NCBI GenBank assembly: GCA_965203905.1
Contig: CBDBDQ010000005.1
Span: forward strand, 5,280,001 to 5,344,000
From: Spirochaetia bacterium
GTDB lineage: Bacteria > Spirochaetota > Spirochaetia > SZUA-6 > Bin103
Direction: 5' to 3'
DNA: 64,000 nucleotides
This document shows positions 20,429 through 29,763 of this stretch, piece after piece (positions within the stretch are counted from its first letter, which is position 1; each line of letters starts with the position of its first letter). A program made the translations under genes and the position numbers. The notes under the pieces are model-generated. The model saw only the letters and a list, made by a program, of their open reading frames with translations, ran no database searches and was not told the DNA's origin.

Positions 20429-21226
20429 TCAGTCGAAGAGGTCATCGGTGACGACGTTGGTGGAGTCGATGATGGTGATGTCGTGGGCGGCGGCATGCAG
20501 GATGGAGCGGTAGCAGAGAGCGTTGACGAGGCGCGGCACGCCGCCGGCGTGGCGGTGGATGTCCGCTTTGGCGTCATCGGCGAAGATCGAGGCCGGGCGC
20601 CCACAGCGAGCGGTGTGGTGGTCGATGTAGGAGCAGGTCTCCTGCAAGGTCAGGGGCGGCATGTGATAGGAGATGCGGATGCGCTGACGGACGGCAGCGA
20701 AGGGAGCGTACTTGAGCAATTCGCGCAGTTCGGGCTGGCCGGCGAGGACGAAGGTGATGGCGGTGCGGGAGTCGAAGTGAAAGTTCACCATGCCCTTGAT
20801 GGCGGTGAGAGCGGTGCCGGCGAGGTCCTGAGCGTCATCGATGACGACGACCGGTCTCCGGTTCAGTTCGGGAATGGTCTTGAAGAACAGTTGGCTGGCC
20901 TGGCCGGAGAAGAAGGGGGGATCGATCTTGAGACCTTCGAGGACCGCCTTGACCAGCCCGGCGGCGGAGAGGCCGGAGCCGCGGACGTAAAGCGGGCTGT
21001 AGCGGTTGCTGTCCAAGGCGGCGACGAAGGCGGCCAGAGCGACCGACTTGCCGCAGCCGATGGGGCCGGAGAGCAGCAGCAGGTCCTCGTCGGCGACGCC
21101 GAAGGAGAGCCGCGAGAGGGCCTCCTGGTGGGCGCTGGACGGGAAGGTGTCGGTGGGCGTGAGGTGCTTGCCGAACGGCAGGCGGGAGAAGCCGAAGAAG
21201 GAAAGGACTTGATCATGCATCGGCAT
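20429..21226 (-). CDS. ExeA/TnsC-like AAA+ ATPase (transposition helper)
   Basis: FGFSRLPF, Walker A GPIGCGKS, Walker B VVIDDAQ, LAGQPEL, RQRI; start re-called (RBS AGGAG). Confidence 0.88.
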   Translation of the reverse strand: MPMHDQVLSFFGFSRLPFGKHLTPTDTFPSSAHQEALSRLSFGVADEDLLLLSGPIGCGKSVALAAFVAALDSNRYSPLYVRGSGLSAAGLVKAVLEGLKIDPPFFSGQASQLFFKTIPELNRRPVVVIDDAQDLAGTALTAIKGMVNFHFDSRTAITFVLAGQPELRELLKYAPFAAVRQRIRISYHMPPLTLQETCSYIDHHTARCGRPASIFADDAKADIHRHAGGVPRLVNALCYRSILHAAAHDITIIDSTNVVTDDLFD

Positions 21227-22634
21227 CGTGGTGCTCCTGGTTGTTGTTTTTGTCGTCGTCGGTGGACTGGAAGCGGGTGAACGAAGTCTGATTGCGGTCG
21301 CGCAGCGCGGCGTGGTGCTGCTCGCGCAGGCGGGTGAACCAGGCGCGCGCCGCGGCCGACACCTGCGCCGGCTTGGCGGCGGACTCGGCGGGGACGTTGG
21401 GTACCTGCGCGGTGACCTGCCTGGAGGCGCTGGTGGTCTCCAGCAGCACGCCGGATGAGTCGTAGATGGCAAGCTGTACCAGGTCGTAGGGATCGAAGCG
21501 CACCTCGACCACGGTGCCGTGGGCGACGCTGGTGACCGGATACTGATTGCCGTGCAGCTTGATCTTGCCGTACTTGCTGACGGTGCGCCGAGCGCGCCAC
21601 AGGAACAGTGCGTTGAAGGCATCGAGATCGGTGATGCGGCGATGATCGGGCGGCAGGCCGTCGCGGAAGCGGGCATCGGGACTCTGCCCGGTAGCAGAGT
21701 GGACGCGGGTGTTGTACTCCAATTCCATCCAGGCCCAGAAGGCGGAGTTCAACTCGTCGATGGTGCGCATGCCGGCGACCTGGGCCTCGCGTTGGAACTG
21801 GTTCTTGATGGTCTTGTTGGCGGCCTCGATTTTGCCCTTGCAGTAGGCCTGATAGGGCGGGTGGCGCACCCGCTTGATACGCAGCTCGACCAGGATGGCG
21901 AGCAGGTGGCGGGCGAGATAGACCTTGCCGCCGTCGACGTAGACGCGCACCGGGATGCCGTAGCGCAACAGGCAGTAGCGGAAGCTGTCGAGCAAGGCAG
22001 GCAGCTTCTCGTCGAAGTAGTATTTGCCGAACAGGATTTTGCGGGAGAAGTCGTCGAGCCACAGGAACAGGTAGGTCTTCTTGCGGCCAGCGGGAGTGTC
22101 GAGCCAGATGCCGTCGCGGGCGTCGGCCTGTACCAGAGCCAGGGTGTGGGGCGCCTCGAAGGAGCGGAAGGAGGTGCGCGCATCGTCGCCGAGCATGAGG
22201 TAGCGGGTGCTCTTGGTGAGGCCGTGGTCGGCCAGGAAGCGGTACAGGGTGCGATCCGAGATACGCTTGATCTTGGGGCCGAGCTTGGCGTCGGCGGCGA
22301 TCAGCTTGCGCAGTTGCGAGACGCTTCTGGTGGGCACTTCGTTGATCAGGTTCAGCAGCTTGGCACGCAGCGCCGGATCGTGGACCCGCGGCGAGGTGGG
22401 CCGCGGGCGGTAGAACAGCAGGCCGCGAGGTCCCTGTTTCCGATAACGGTGCAGGTAGCCGCGGATGGTACGGTCACCGACTCGGTGACGTTCCTGGTAG
22501 AGCCGTTGCTCGGCCCGTTTGTCGGCCTCCGGCAGCAGCGGATCGAGCAGTATCTCGACCAGGTGGAGGCGCTCGCTGAATGCCTCCACGACCGCGTCCG
22601 GGAGCTGCTCCCAATTGAGGTCGCCGCCGCTCAT
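21213..22634 (-). CDS. DDE (rve) transposase with Mu-transposase C-terminal domain
   Basis: QADARD, VYVDGG and KGKIE catalytic motifs; C-terminal RTVSKYGKIKLHGNQY...VRFDPYDL; ATGA-coupled start. Confidence 0.88.
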   Translation of the reverse strand: MSGGDLNWEQLPDAVVEAFSERLHLVEILLDPLLPEADKRAEQRLYQERHRVGDRTIRGYLHRYRKQGPRGLLFYRPRPTSPRVHDPALRAKLLNLINEVPTRSVSQLRKLIAADAKLGPKIKRISDRTLYRFLADHGLTKSTRYLMLGDDARTSFRSFEAPHTLALVQADARDGIWLDTPAGRKKTYLFLWLDDFSRKILFGKYYFDEKLPALLDSFRYCLLRYGIPVRVYVDGGKVYLARHLLAILVELRIKRVRHPPYQAYCKGKIEAANKTIKNQFQREAQVAGMRTIDELNSAFWAWMELEYNTRVHSATGQSPDARFRDGLPPDHRRITDLDAFNALFLWRARRTVSKYGKIKLHGNQYPVTSVAHGTVVEVRFDPYDLVQLAIYDSSGVLLETTSASRQVTAQVPNVPAESAAKPAQVSAAARAWFTRLREQHHAALRDRNQTSFTRFQSTDDDKNNNQEHHDADA

Positions 22635-23224
22635 TCGAGATCCTCGTGTTCGCCGACGACGGCGCGCCGCAGCAGCTGATCGCGGTAGTCGCACCACGCC
22701 TCGTGCAGGCACAGGCCCGCCGGGCGCGTGCAGATCTCGCGCAGCCGCTCGACCTCCTCGGCGAGCTTCTGCAGCAGCACGTCGAGGACCAGCTCCAGGT
22801 GATCGGCCTCGCTGTGCCGCGGGGTGTCGGGATCGAGGAACAACTCCAACACCCAACTGCACAGGAACGAGAGCCGGTCAGCCAGTTCTTGCAGCAGCGC
22901 TGCCAGGAGCCCGAACTCCTCCAGCAGGCACGGCGGGGTATCGAGCAGCAGAGTCAATAGCCGCTCCCGCACCAGTGCGTCCTGCCGTCCGAACGCCGTC
23001 TGCCGGCGCCAAGTGCCGGTCAGCAAGCCGGCGACGCCGGTGTGCCGGTAGCGCGCCAGCGCCTGCCACAGGTCGCGCTCATCGTCGCCGCGGCGCCGGC
23101 ACTGCTCCAGCAGCCAGCCGCGCCGGCGTGGCGGTGGCGCCGGTTCTTGCAGAATCCGTCGTATCAAAAGCAGGTGCTCTTCCAGGCGAGCCACCTGGTG
23201 GGGAGAAACCAGTATCGCATCCAC
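22631..23224 (-). CDS. Hypothetical helical protein of the transposon
   Basis: RBS GGAGG before GTG 23224; coupled to the transposase; RYRHTGVAGL resembles the transposase HTH segment RYRKQGPRGL. Confidence 0.6.
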   Translation of the reverse strand: MDAILVSPHQVARLEEHLLLIRRILQEPAPPPRRRGWLLEQCRRRGDDERDLWQALARYRHTGVAGLLTGTWRRQTAFGRQDALVRERLLTLLLDTPPCLLEEFGLLAALLQELADRLSFLCSWVLELFLDPDTPRHSEADHLELVLDVLLQKLAEEVERLREICTRPAGLCLHEAWCDYRDQLLRRAVVGEHEDLE

Positions 23225-23250
23225 GTTGATGCCTCCAAGGCGTGAGATGC

Positions 23251-23895
23251 TCAACTGGTATCGAACCAGAGCCAGTACCGTAAGACCTGATTCAATGGTA
23301 GTGCCAGCGGGCTGCGGGCGCGCACCACCACGTAGCACAGACGCAGGCAGCCGATGACCCCGAGCGCGCCGCCTCGACCCTGGGCGCGGCGTCTGGCAAG
23401 CGCGAGCGCTACCAGGTAACGATGCAACTCAGCCAAGCCGCTTCCGCCGGCGCGCACCTCAGGCAGCGCCGCGAATGGCGCCAACTCCGCCAGCAGTGCG
23501 CTTGCCGCCAGCGTGCTGGTCGCGATCAGGTGCCCTACCCACTCCAGATGACGCGTTATGGTGTGCTCGCAGAAGCTGCCGATCACGCCCGCAGCGCGCT
23601 CATAGGCCAGCTTGATGCCGACCTCCGGCCCCTTCGGATGCCGTGCCACCAGCTGGTGCAGGTTCATCGCCAGGTCCAGCCGGATGTTGCATTCCGGGAT
23701 CACGAACCACGGCAGCATGCGCTTGGTGTATTGCTTGCCCTGTCGCCGCGCCTTCTCACAGATGCACGACAGGATCAGAATCCGGTGGTTCCTGCCATCC
23801 GCGCAGCGCACCAGACGCTCACACCAGGCGTGGATGCGCAACGCATGCACACACCCGCACAGCAGGCATGGGTGCTGCGCGGCGGCGCCGGTCAC
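23251..23895 (-). CDS. DUF6431-like Zn-finger protein of the transposon
   Basis: CLLCG...H...C...LPWFVIP pattern; first gene inside the element. Confidence 0.6.
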   Translation of the reverse strand: MTGAAAQHPCLLCGCVHALRIHAWCERLVRCADGRNHRILILSCICEKARRQGKQYTKRMLPWFVIPECNIRLDLAMNLHQLVARHPKGPEVGIKLAYERAAGVIGSFCEHTITRHLEWVGHLIATSTLAASALLAELAPFAALPEVRAGGSGLAELHRYLVALALARRRAQGRGGALGVIGCLRLCYVVVRARSPLALPLNQVLRYWLWFDTS

Positions 23896-24103
23896 CGTCG
23901 CCAGATATACTTGAATGTCGAAACCTGCAAGGTTAGGATGTGCCAGTTCTCTTGGTGGGGGTCACCGTGTACCGGGCAAAGTACAGGCGGTGGCCCCTAT
24001 CTCTTTTCTTGGTCTCCGGAACCGCTTCCGGGCGAACCTATCCTATCCCTGCTGGCGGGGTTGTACAGAACCAGGAACTCTCACTTGGCGGGCAACATCC
24101 AGC

Positions 24104-24348
24104 CACTTGGCGCGCTGCTGCGCCTGGCACTTCGGACAGTGACGATTGCGGCAGGAGTTGTACGATACGCGTAGTTCACCACAGGCGTCGCAAGCATCGA
24201 CGTGGCCGCCGAGCTTGGCAGTACGGCAGGCTGTGAGGTCGCGCATGACGCGCTGTTGTGCCTGCGACACCCGCAAGCCTGGCACGCGACCGTCGGTAGT
24301 GGCCAGGGTACGGATGACGTCGGCCACCTCGAAGGGTGGCTGGTGCAC
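24104..24348 (-). pseudogene. IS91-family transposase, 5' part (Zn-binding domain) of the disrupted copy
   Basis: CRTAKLGGH, SCRNRHCPKCQ, identical to the start of 29764-30978. Confidence 0.9.
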
Positions 24349-24355
24349 GGATCGC

Positions 24356-25198
24356 TCAGCGCAGCGGTGGCAACGACTCCAGTGGGCTCTCGACTGCGCT
24401 GATGCGCTTGCGGGTGACGTGGGTATAGATCACGGTACTCCTGATCGAGGCATGTCCGAGCAGCGCCTGGACGGTGCGCAGATCGGTGCCGGATTCCAGC
24501 AGGTGGGTGGCGAAACAGTGGCGCAAGGTATGCGGGGATACGGGCTTGCCGGCGACGACGTGGCGCACCTTGGCGATGGCCTGCGCCACCGCATCCCTGG
24601 TGACGTGGCGGTCGCGATAGGTCCTGCTGGGAAACAGCCAGTGGCGGGGCCGATAGCGTCGGTAGTGGCAGCGCAAGTGGTGCAGCAGGAGCGGCGCCAA
24701 GGTCACCAAACGATCCTTGCGGCCCTTGCCTTGCACGACGTGCAGCAGCATCCGCTCGCTGTCGATATCGGTAATCCGCAGGGAGACCGCCTCGGAAACG
24801 CGCAGCCCGGCGGCATACAGGGTCATGGCAATGACGCGGTGCTGCGGGTTGGTGATCGCATCGAGTACGGCGCGCACCTGGTCCTGGCTCAAGACCAGCG
24901 GCAGCTTCTTGGGCTGCTTGGCGAACGGGATGGACTCGATGTGCCAGTCCTTGCCGAGGGTCTTGAGGTACAGGAAGCGGAGAGCGCAGACCGCCTGATT
25001 GAAGCTGCCCCAGCCCAGATTTCGCTCCTGCACCAGATGCAGTTGATAGGCTCGTATTTCGTCGAGCCCGAGCAGTTCCGGAGAGCGGTTGAAGTAGCGC
25101 GCAAACAACGCGACCTGGCGGACGTAGTACTCGATGGTGTGCGGGGACAGGTTGCGCACCCGCATGTCTTCGATCATTCTCTGGCGCAGTGGTGTCAT
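24356..25198 (-). CDS. Tyrosine recombinase (IS91-associated integrase), copy 1
   Basis: GLRVSE, KGRKDR, HTLRH, LGHASIRSTVIY; start MTPLRQRM with RBS AGGAG. Confidence 0.92.
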   Translation of the reverse strand: MTPLRQRMIEDMRVRNLSPHTIEYYVRQVALFARYFNRSPELLGLDEIRAYQLHLVQERNLGWGSFNQAVCALRFLYLKTLGKDWHIESIPFAKQPKKLPLVLSQDQVRAVLDAITNPQHRVIAMTLYAAGLRVSEAVSLRITDIDSERMLLHVVQGKGRKDRLVTLAPLLLHHLRCHYRRYRPRHWLFPSRTYRDRHVTRDAVAQAIAKVRHVVAGKPVSPHTLRHCFATHLLESGTDLRTVQALLGHASIRSTVIYTHVTRKRISAVESPLESLPPLR

Positions 25199-25518
25199 GA
25201 TGGACTCCTCCTGGTGTAGAGACGCGTGGTCCATCAGCCCCCGGAGCGCCGTTACGCTCCGGGGGCAACCACCCATCTCCCGTTAGTAGAGGTCAGACAC
25301 CATATAGGGGTTGTACGTGGGAAGGGCTCCGCGCCTCGAGACGGCCGACGCCACCCCTACCGCGAAGCGGTTTAGTTCTAGTCAGCTAATGTAAAGTGCG
25401 GGATTATGTGAAGTAGATGGCAGGACGGGTCCATTTGATGGGCTCCAGGCAGCATTAGCGGGTAATTGCGGTAGCCAGGACTTCGCATTATCGCGCTCCT
25501 TCAAGCAAGGAGGCATCC

Positions 25519-26748
25519 ATGCTTGAAGACCATCTCAAGTTGGCGAGCACTTGTCGCAGACTCCGTCGTGGGCCCGCGTGCGCGTATATAGACGGCTTCG
25601 CCGACTGGCTCCATGAGCGCGGCTATCAAGCCAAGTTTGTCCTGCGTACGTTGGCGGGATGGACCGACTGGCTCACCGCGAAATCGTTTACTGATGAGGC
25701 TTTCGTAGCCGGGTACGAGGCGTGCCGGAAGGAGTTGTCTGAGCGAGGCCGTGTCCGCTATCAGCGGGGACCCAACCGAAATTCACTGTGGGCCGCCACG
25801 GTGTTCATCCGGTTCTTGCGGGAGCAGGGCGTCGTGGCCGTCGAGCAGCGGCTGATTCTGAGCGAACGCTGGCCACTGCTGAAGCAGTTTCGGCAGTGGA
25901 TGCTGCAACACCGAGGCGTGACACACAGCACCATGGACGGCTACGAGCGCTACGTAGCCGATTTCATCGAGGCTCTGGGAGTTGTTCCGGCGCACTACAG
26001 CGCCGCTGCGGTGCGCGGCTTTGTGATCAAGCGCTGTGACGGTCATAAGGTCAAAACGGCTCAGTCGATCACCACGGCGGTGCGTGCCTTCTTGCGGTTC
26101 CTCGCCGCCACCGGGCAGTGCTGCGACGGCCTGCGGCACGCGGTGCCACGCTTCGCGTGCTACCAGCTCGCCGCCACGCCGCGGTTCCTTGAGCCTGAGG
26201 ATCTGGAGAAGGTAGTCGCCAGTTGCACCGATGAGGATGCAGTTGGGGCCAGAGATCGGGCGGTAGTCCTGCTGCTCGCTCGGCTAGGCCTGCGCGCCAG
26301 CGAGGTCGCCGAGCTGACCTTCGATGCGGTCGACTGGCAGCACGGGCGCATCGCCGTCTGCGGCAAGGGTCGGCGCCAACACTGGCTGCCGCTTCCGCAG
26401 CAGGTCGGCGACGCCATCGTCACCTATCTGCGCCGCGGACGCCCGCCGTTGCCGGTGCCACAGGTGTTCATCTCGGCTGTGGCGCCGCGTCGCCCGATGA
26501 CTCGACAAGCCGTGTCCGGTGTCGTGTGCAAAGCTCTCCGTCGCGCAGGCATCAAGGCGCCCCACCACGGTGCACATCTGCTGCGCCATTCGGCCGCCAC
26601 CGCCATGCTGCGCAACGGGGTGTCCCTGGCCGGTATCGGCAGTGTCCTGAGGCACCGCTCCCCGCAGACCACCGCCCACTACGCCAAGATCGACTTCGAG
26701 CTGCTGGGCGAAATCGCCCAGCCGTGGCCGGAGGCACCATCATGCTGA
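25519..26748 (+). CDS. ritA: RIT tyrosine recombinase A
   Basis: LARLGLRASEV, HLLRHS, HRSPQTTAHYAK. Confidence 0.88.
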   Translation: MLEDHLKLASTCRRLRRGPACAYIDGFADWLHERGYQAKFVLRTLAGWTDWLTAKSFTDEAFVAGYEACRKELSERGRVRYQRGPNRNSLWAATVFIRFLREQGVVAVEQRLILSERWPLLKQFRQWMLQHRGVTHSTMDGYERYVADFIEALGVVPAHYSAAAVRGFVIKRCDGHKVKTAQSITTAVRAFLRFLAATGQCCDGLRHAVPRFACYQLAATPRFLEPEDLEKVVASCTDEDAVGARDRAVVLLLARLGLRASEVAELTFDAVDWQHGRIAVCGKGRRQHWLPLPQQVGDAIVTYLRRGRPPLPVPQVFISAVAPRRPMTRQAVSGVVCKALRRAGIKAPHHGAHLLRHSAATAMLRNGVSLAGIGSVLRHRSPQTTAHYAKIDFELLGEIAQPWPEAPSC

Positions 26749-27653
26749 ACGACCACGTAGAGCGCTATCTCATGCTGCGGCGATCCCTCGGTTACAAGCT
26801 GCGGGACACAGCCCGCCATCTCCAGGCGTTCGCAGGTTTCGCCAGCGACAGGGGCGATACCCATGTCCGCGCCGCTACCGCCGTGGAGTGGGCAGCGCAG
26901 GCGTCCTCGCCGCTCATGCGCCATGTTCGACTCCATGACGTCGTCCTGTTGGCCCGCTTCTTGTACGCCGAGGACGCGACCCACGAGATACCCCCAGCTC
27001 GCTACTTCCAGGTCCGTGTGGTGCGCCAGCCGCCCTACATCTACACGCCGGCTGAGATCGGCCAACTGCTGGTGGCGGCGCACCGTCTGCCCTGCTCCTA
27101 CGCGCTGCGCCGGCCCGTCTATGCGACCCTGATCGGGCTCATCGCCGCCACCGGACTGCGGGTCTCGGAGGCGCTCGACCTACGCTTCGACGACCTGCTT
27201 CCCAACGCCGTTCTGCGCATCCGCCAAACCAAGTTCGCCAAGAGCCGACTGGTGCCGCTGCATGCGACCTCGGTCGACGCACTGACTGCGTACTTGCAGG
27301 AGCGGCAGCGCTTCGCCAGCGCCGACGACCATCTGTTCGTGTCAGCGAACCGCCGGCGCATCCCGACACCAATGGCCAGTACTACCTTCCAAAAAGTGAT
27401 CCGGCTCGCAGGCATCGCTCCTGGCCGCCAGCGCCGCCCCCGACTGGCGGATCTGCGTCACACCTTTGCCACCAGATCCCTGCAACGCTGTGCGGTCCAG
27501 CGCGATTCGGTGGCGCGCCACTTGGTCGCGCTCTCCACCTACCTCGGTCACGCTAGCCCCGCCTACACCTACTGGTACTTGGAGGCGACCCCGGAATTGA
27601 TGGCCGACATCGCCACGGCCGGCGAGAACCTGGTTGCCGGGAGGTTGGCATGA
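26742..27653 (+). CDS. ritB: RIT tyrosine recombinase B
   Basis: RRSLGYKL, TGLRVSEA, TKFAKSRLVPLH, LSTYLGH...TYWYL; start re-called at ATG 26742. Confidence 0.88.
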   Translation: MLNDHVERYLMLRRSLGYKLRDTARHLQAFAGFASDRGDTHVRAATAVEWAAQASSPLMRHVRLHDVVLLARFLYAEDATHEIPPARYFQVRVVRQPPYIYTPAEIGQLLVAAHRLPCSYALRRPVYATLIGLIAATGLRVSEALDLRFDDLLPNAVLRIRQTKFAKSRLVPLHATSVDALTAYLQERQRFASADDHLFVSANRRRIPTPMASTTFQKVIRLAGIAPGRQRRPRLADLRHTFATRSLQRCAVQRDSVARHLVALSTYLGHASPAYTYWYLEATPELMADIATAGENLVAGRLA

Positions 27654-28642
27654 CTCCCATCGCACCCCTGATCACCCACTTCCTGCGCGACTACCTCCCT
27701 GTGGAGCGCGGCTATAGCCCGCATACCTGCGAGAGCTACGCCTATGCCTTCCGTCTGTTGTTCACCTTCGCCGCCGAACGCCTCGGCGTCAGACCGTCGG
27801 CGCTTCACCTTGAACATCTCGACGCACCGCTCATCGTCGCTTTCCTGACCCACTTCGAGGTGGATCGTGGTGGCAGCCCCGCCAGCCGCAACGTCCGCCT
27901 GGCAGCAGTGAAAGCCTTCATGCGCTATGTCGAGTTCCGCCACCCGGCGGCACTCGACATAGCCAGGCAGATCCTCGCCATCCCCTCCAAGCGCCATGAT
28001 CAGCCGCTCGTCCGCCACCTCACCATGGACCAGATCAACGCGATTCTGGACGCTCCCGATACCTCCACCCGGTTCGGCATCCGCGACCGCGCCATGCTCC
28101 ATCTGTGTTTCGCCGCTGCGCTGCGCGTGTCCGAACTGGTGACGGCGCAGGTAGCAGATCTGTCGCTGCGCGGAACTGCGAGTATCCGAGTCCTTGGCAA
28201 GGGCCGCCGTGAGCGCTGTCTCCCGCTGTGGAAGCAGACCACCGCTGACCTGCGCGCTTGGCTCGCCGTGCGCGGAGAGGTTTCCACGCCTGAGCTGTTT
28301 CTGAACGCTACCGACAGGCCGATGGGTCGCGCCGGGTTCAAGCACCTCCTGAACAAGCATGTGCGCGCTGCCGTAGCGGACTGCCCCTCGCTGGCCGGAC
28401 GCTCGATCTCGCCTCACCAGCTCCGCCACAGCTGCGCCGTCATCTTGCTCCAGGCTACCGGTGATATCCGCAAGGTGGCACTGTGGTTGGGGCATGCCGA
28501 TGTGCGCACCACCGAAGTCTATCTACGCGTCGATCCCACCGAGAAGTTGGAGGCCGTCGAAGCCGTGCTGCCACCGGAACTACGTCGCGGTCGTTTCAAA
28601 GCCCCTGACGCTCTGATCGCCGCGCTCCTGGACCCGAGATAA
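27650..28642 (+). CDS. ritC: RIT tyrosine recombinase C
   Basis: SPHTCESY, RNVRLAA, GKGRRER, HQLRHS, LGHADVRTTEVY. Confidence 0.88.
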   Translation: MTPIAPLITHFLRDYLPVERGYSPHTCESYAYAFRLLFTFAAERLGVRPSALHLEHLDAPLIVAFLTHFEVDRGGSPASRNVRLAAVKAFMRYVEFRHPAALDIARQILAIPSKRHDQPLVRHLTMDQINAILDAPDTSTRFGIRDRAMLHLCFAAALRVSELVTAQVADLSLRGTASIRVLGKGRRERCLPLWKQTTADLRAWLAVRGEVSTPELFLNATDRPMGRAGFKHLLNKHVRAAVADCPSLAGRSISPHQLRHSCAVILLQATGDIRKVALWLGHADVRTTEVYLRVDPTEKLEAVEAVLPPELRRGRFKAPDALIAALLDPR

Positions 28643-28913
28643 TGTGCAGCGATCTTGGACACAACTTACTTTCCTGGCAGGAGTTAAGTAGCGCTACTTT
28701 ACATAATCCCGCACTTCACATTAGAGGATCATTGAACTAAACCGCTTCGCGGTAGGGGTGGCGTCGGCCGTCTCGAGGCGCGGAGCCCTTCCCACGTACA
28801 ACCCCTATATGGTGTCTGACCTCTACTAACGGGAGATGGGTGGTTGCCCCCGGAGCGTAACGGCGCTCCGGGGGCTGATGGACCACGCGTCTCTACACCA
28901 GGAGGAGTCCATC

Positions 28914-29756
28914 ATGACACCACTGCGCCAGAGAATGATCGAAGACATGCGGGTGCGCAACCTGTCCCCGCACACCATCGAGTACTACGTCCGCCAGGTC
29001 GCGTTGTTTGCGCGCTACTTCAACCGCTCTCCGGAACTGCTCGGGCTCGACGAAATACGAGCCTATCAACTGCATCTGGTGCAGGAGCGAAATCTGGGCT
29101 GGGGCAGCTTCAATCAGGCGGTCTGCGCTCTCCGCTTCCTGTACCTCAAGACCCTCGGCAAGGACTGGCACATCGAGTCCATCCCGTTCGCCAAGCAGCC
29201 CAAGAAGCTGCCGCTGGTCTTGAGCCAGGACCAGGTGCGCGCCGTACTCGATGCGATCACCAACCCGCAGCACCGCGTCATTGCCATGACCCTGTATGCC
29301 GCCGGGCTGCGCGTTTCCGAGGCGGTCTCCCTGCGGATTACCGATATCGACAGCGAGCGGATGCTGCTGCACGTCGTGCAAGGCAAGGGCCGCAAGGATC
29401 GTTTGGTGACCTTGGCGCCGCTCCTGCTGCACCACTTGCGCTGCCACTACCGACGCTATCGGCCCCGCCACTGGCTGTTTCCCAGCAGGACCTATCGCGA
29501 CCGCCACGTCACCAGGGATGCGGTGGCGCAGGCCATCGCCAAGGTGCGCCACGTCGTCGCCGGCAAGCCCGTATCCCCGCATACCTTGCGCCACTGTTTC
29601 GCCACCCACCTGCTGGAATCCGGCACCGATCTGCGCACCGTCCAGGCGCTGCTCGGACATGCCTCGATCAGGAGTACCGTGATCTATACCCACGTCACCC
29701 GCAAGCGCATCAGCGCAGTCGAGAGCCCACTGGAGTCGTTGCCACCGCTGCGCTGA
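28914..29756 (+). CDS. Tyrosine recombinase (IS91-associated integrase), copy 2
   Basis: Identical translation to 24356-25198. Confidence 0.92.
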   Translation: MTPLRQRMIEDMRVRNLSPHTIEYYVRQVALFARYFNRSPELLGLDEIRAYQLHLVQERNLGWGSFNQAVCALRFLYLKTLGKDWHIESIPFAKQPKKLPLVLSQDQVRAVLDAITNPQHRVIAMTLYAAGLRVSEAVSLRITDIDSERMLLHVVQGKGRKDRLVTLAPLLLHHLRCHYRRYRPRHWLFPSRTYRDRHVTRDAVAQAIAKVRHVVAGKPVSPHTLRHCFATHLLESGTDLRTVQALLGHASIRSTVIYTHVTRKRISAVESPLESLPPLR

Positions 29757-29763
29757 GCGATCC

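Larger units (their letters stand above)
20306..24097 (-). mobile_element. 3792-bp four-gene transposon (Zn-finger protein, hypothetical protein, DDE/Mu-like transposase, ExeA/TnsC-like ATPase)
   Basis: TGT...ACA termini; imperfect IR TGTTTCCAGCCAGCCGGGAGT / TGTTGCCCGCCAAGTGAGAGT; 6-bp TSD TCCAGC at 20300-20305 and 24098-24103, with the empty site visible in copy 2; inner AACCCCGCCAG repeat at both ends. Confidence 0.92.
18996..25378 (-). mobile_element. IS91-like (Y2 transposase + tyrosine integrase) element, copy 1, interrupted
   Basis: Inverted copy of 28734-31318. Length check: 6383 bp - 3792 insert - 6 TSD = 2585 bp, equal to copy 2. Integrase translations are identical. Confidence 0.9.
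25386..28724 (+). mobile_element. RIT (recombinase-in-trio) element
   Basis: Three overlapping tyrosine recombinase genes; 31-bp terminal IR with 29/31 identity (25386-25416 / 28694-28724); extra internal half-sites (CTTCGCATTA 25481, TAATGTGCAG 28640). Confidence 0.9.
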
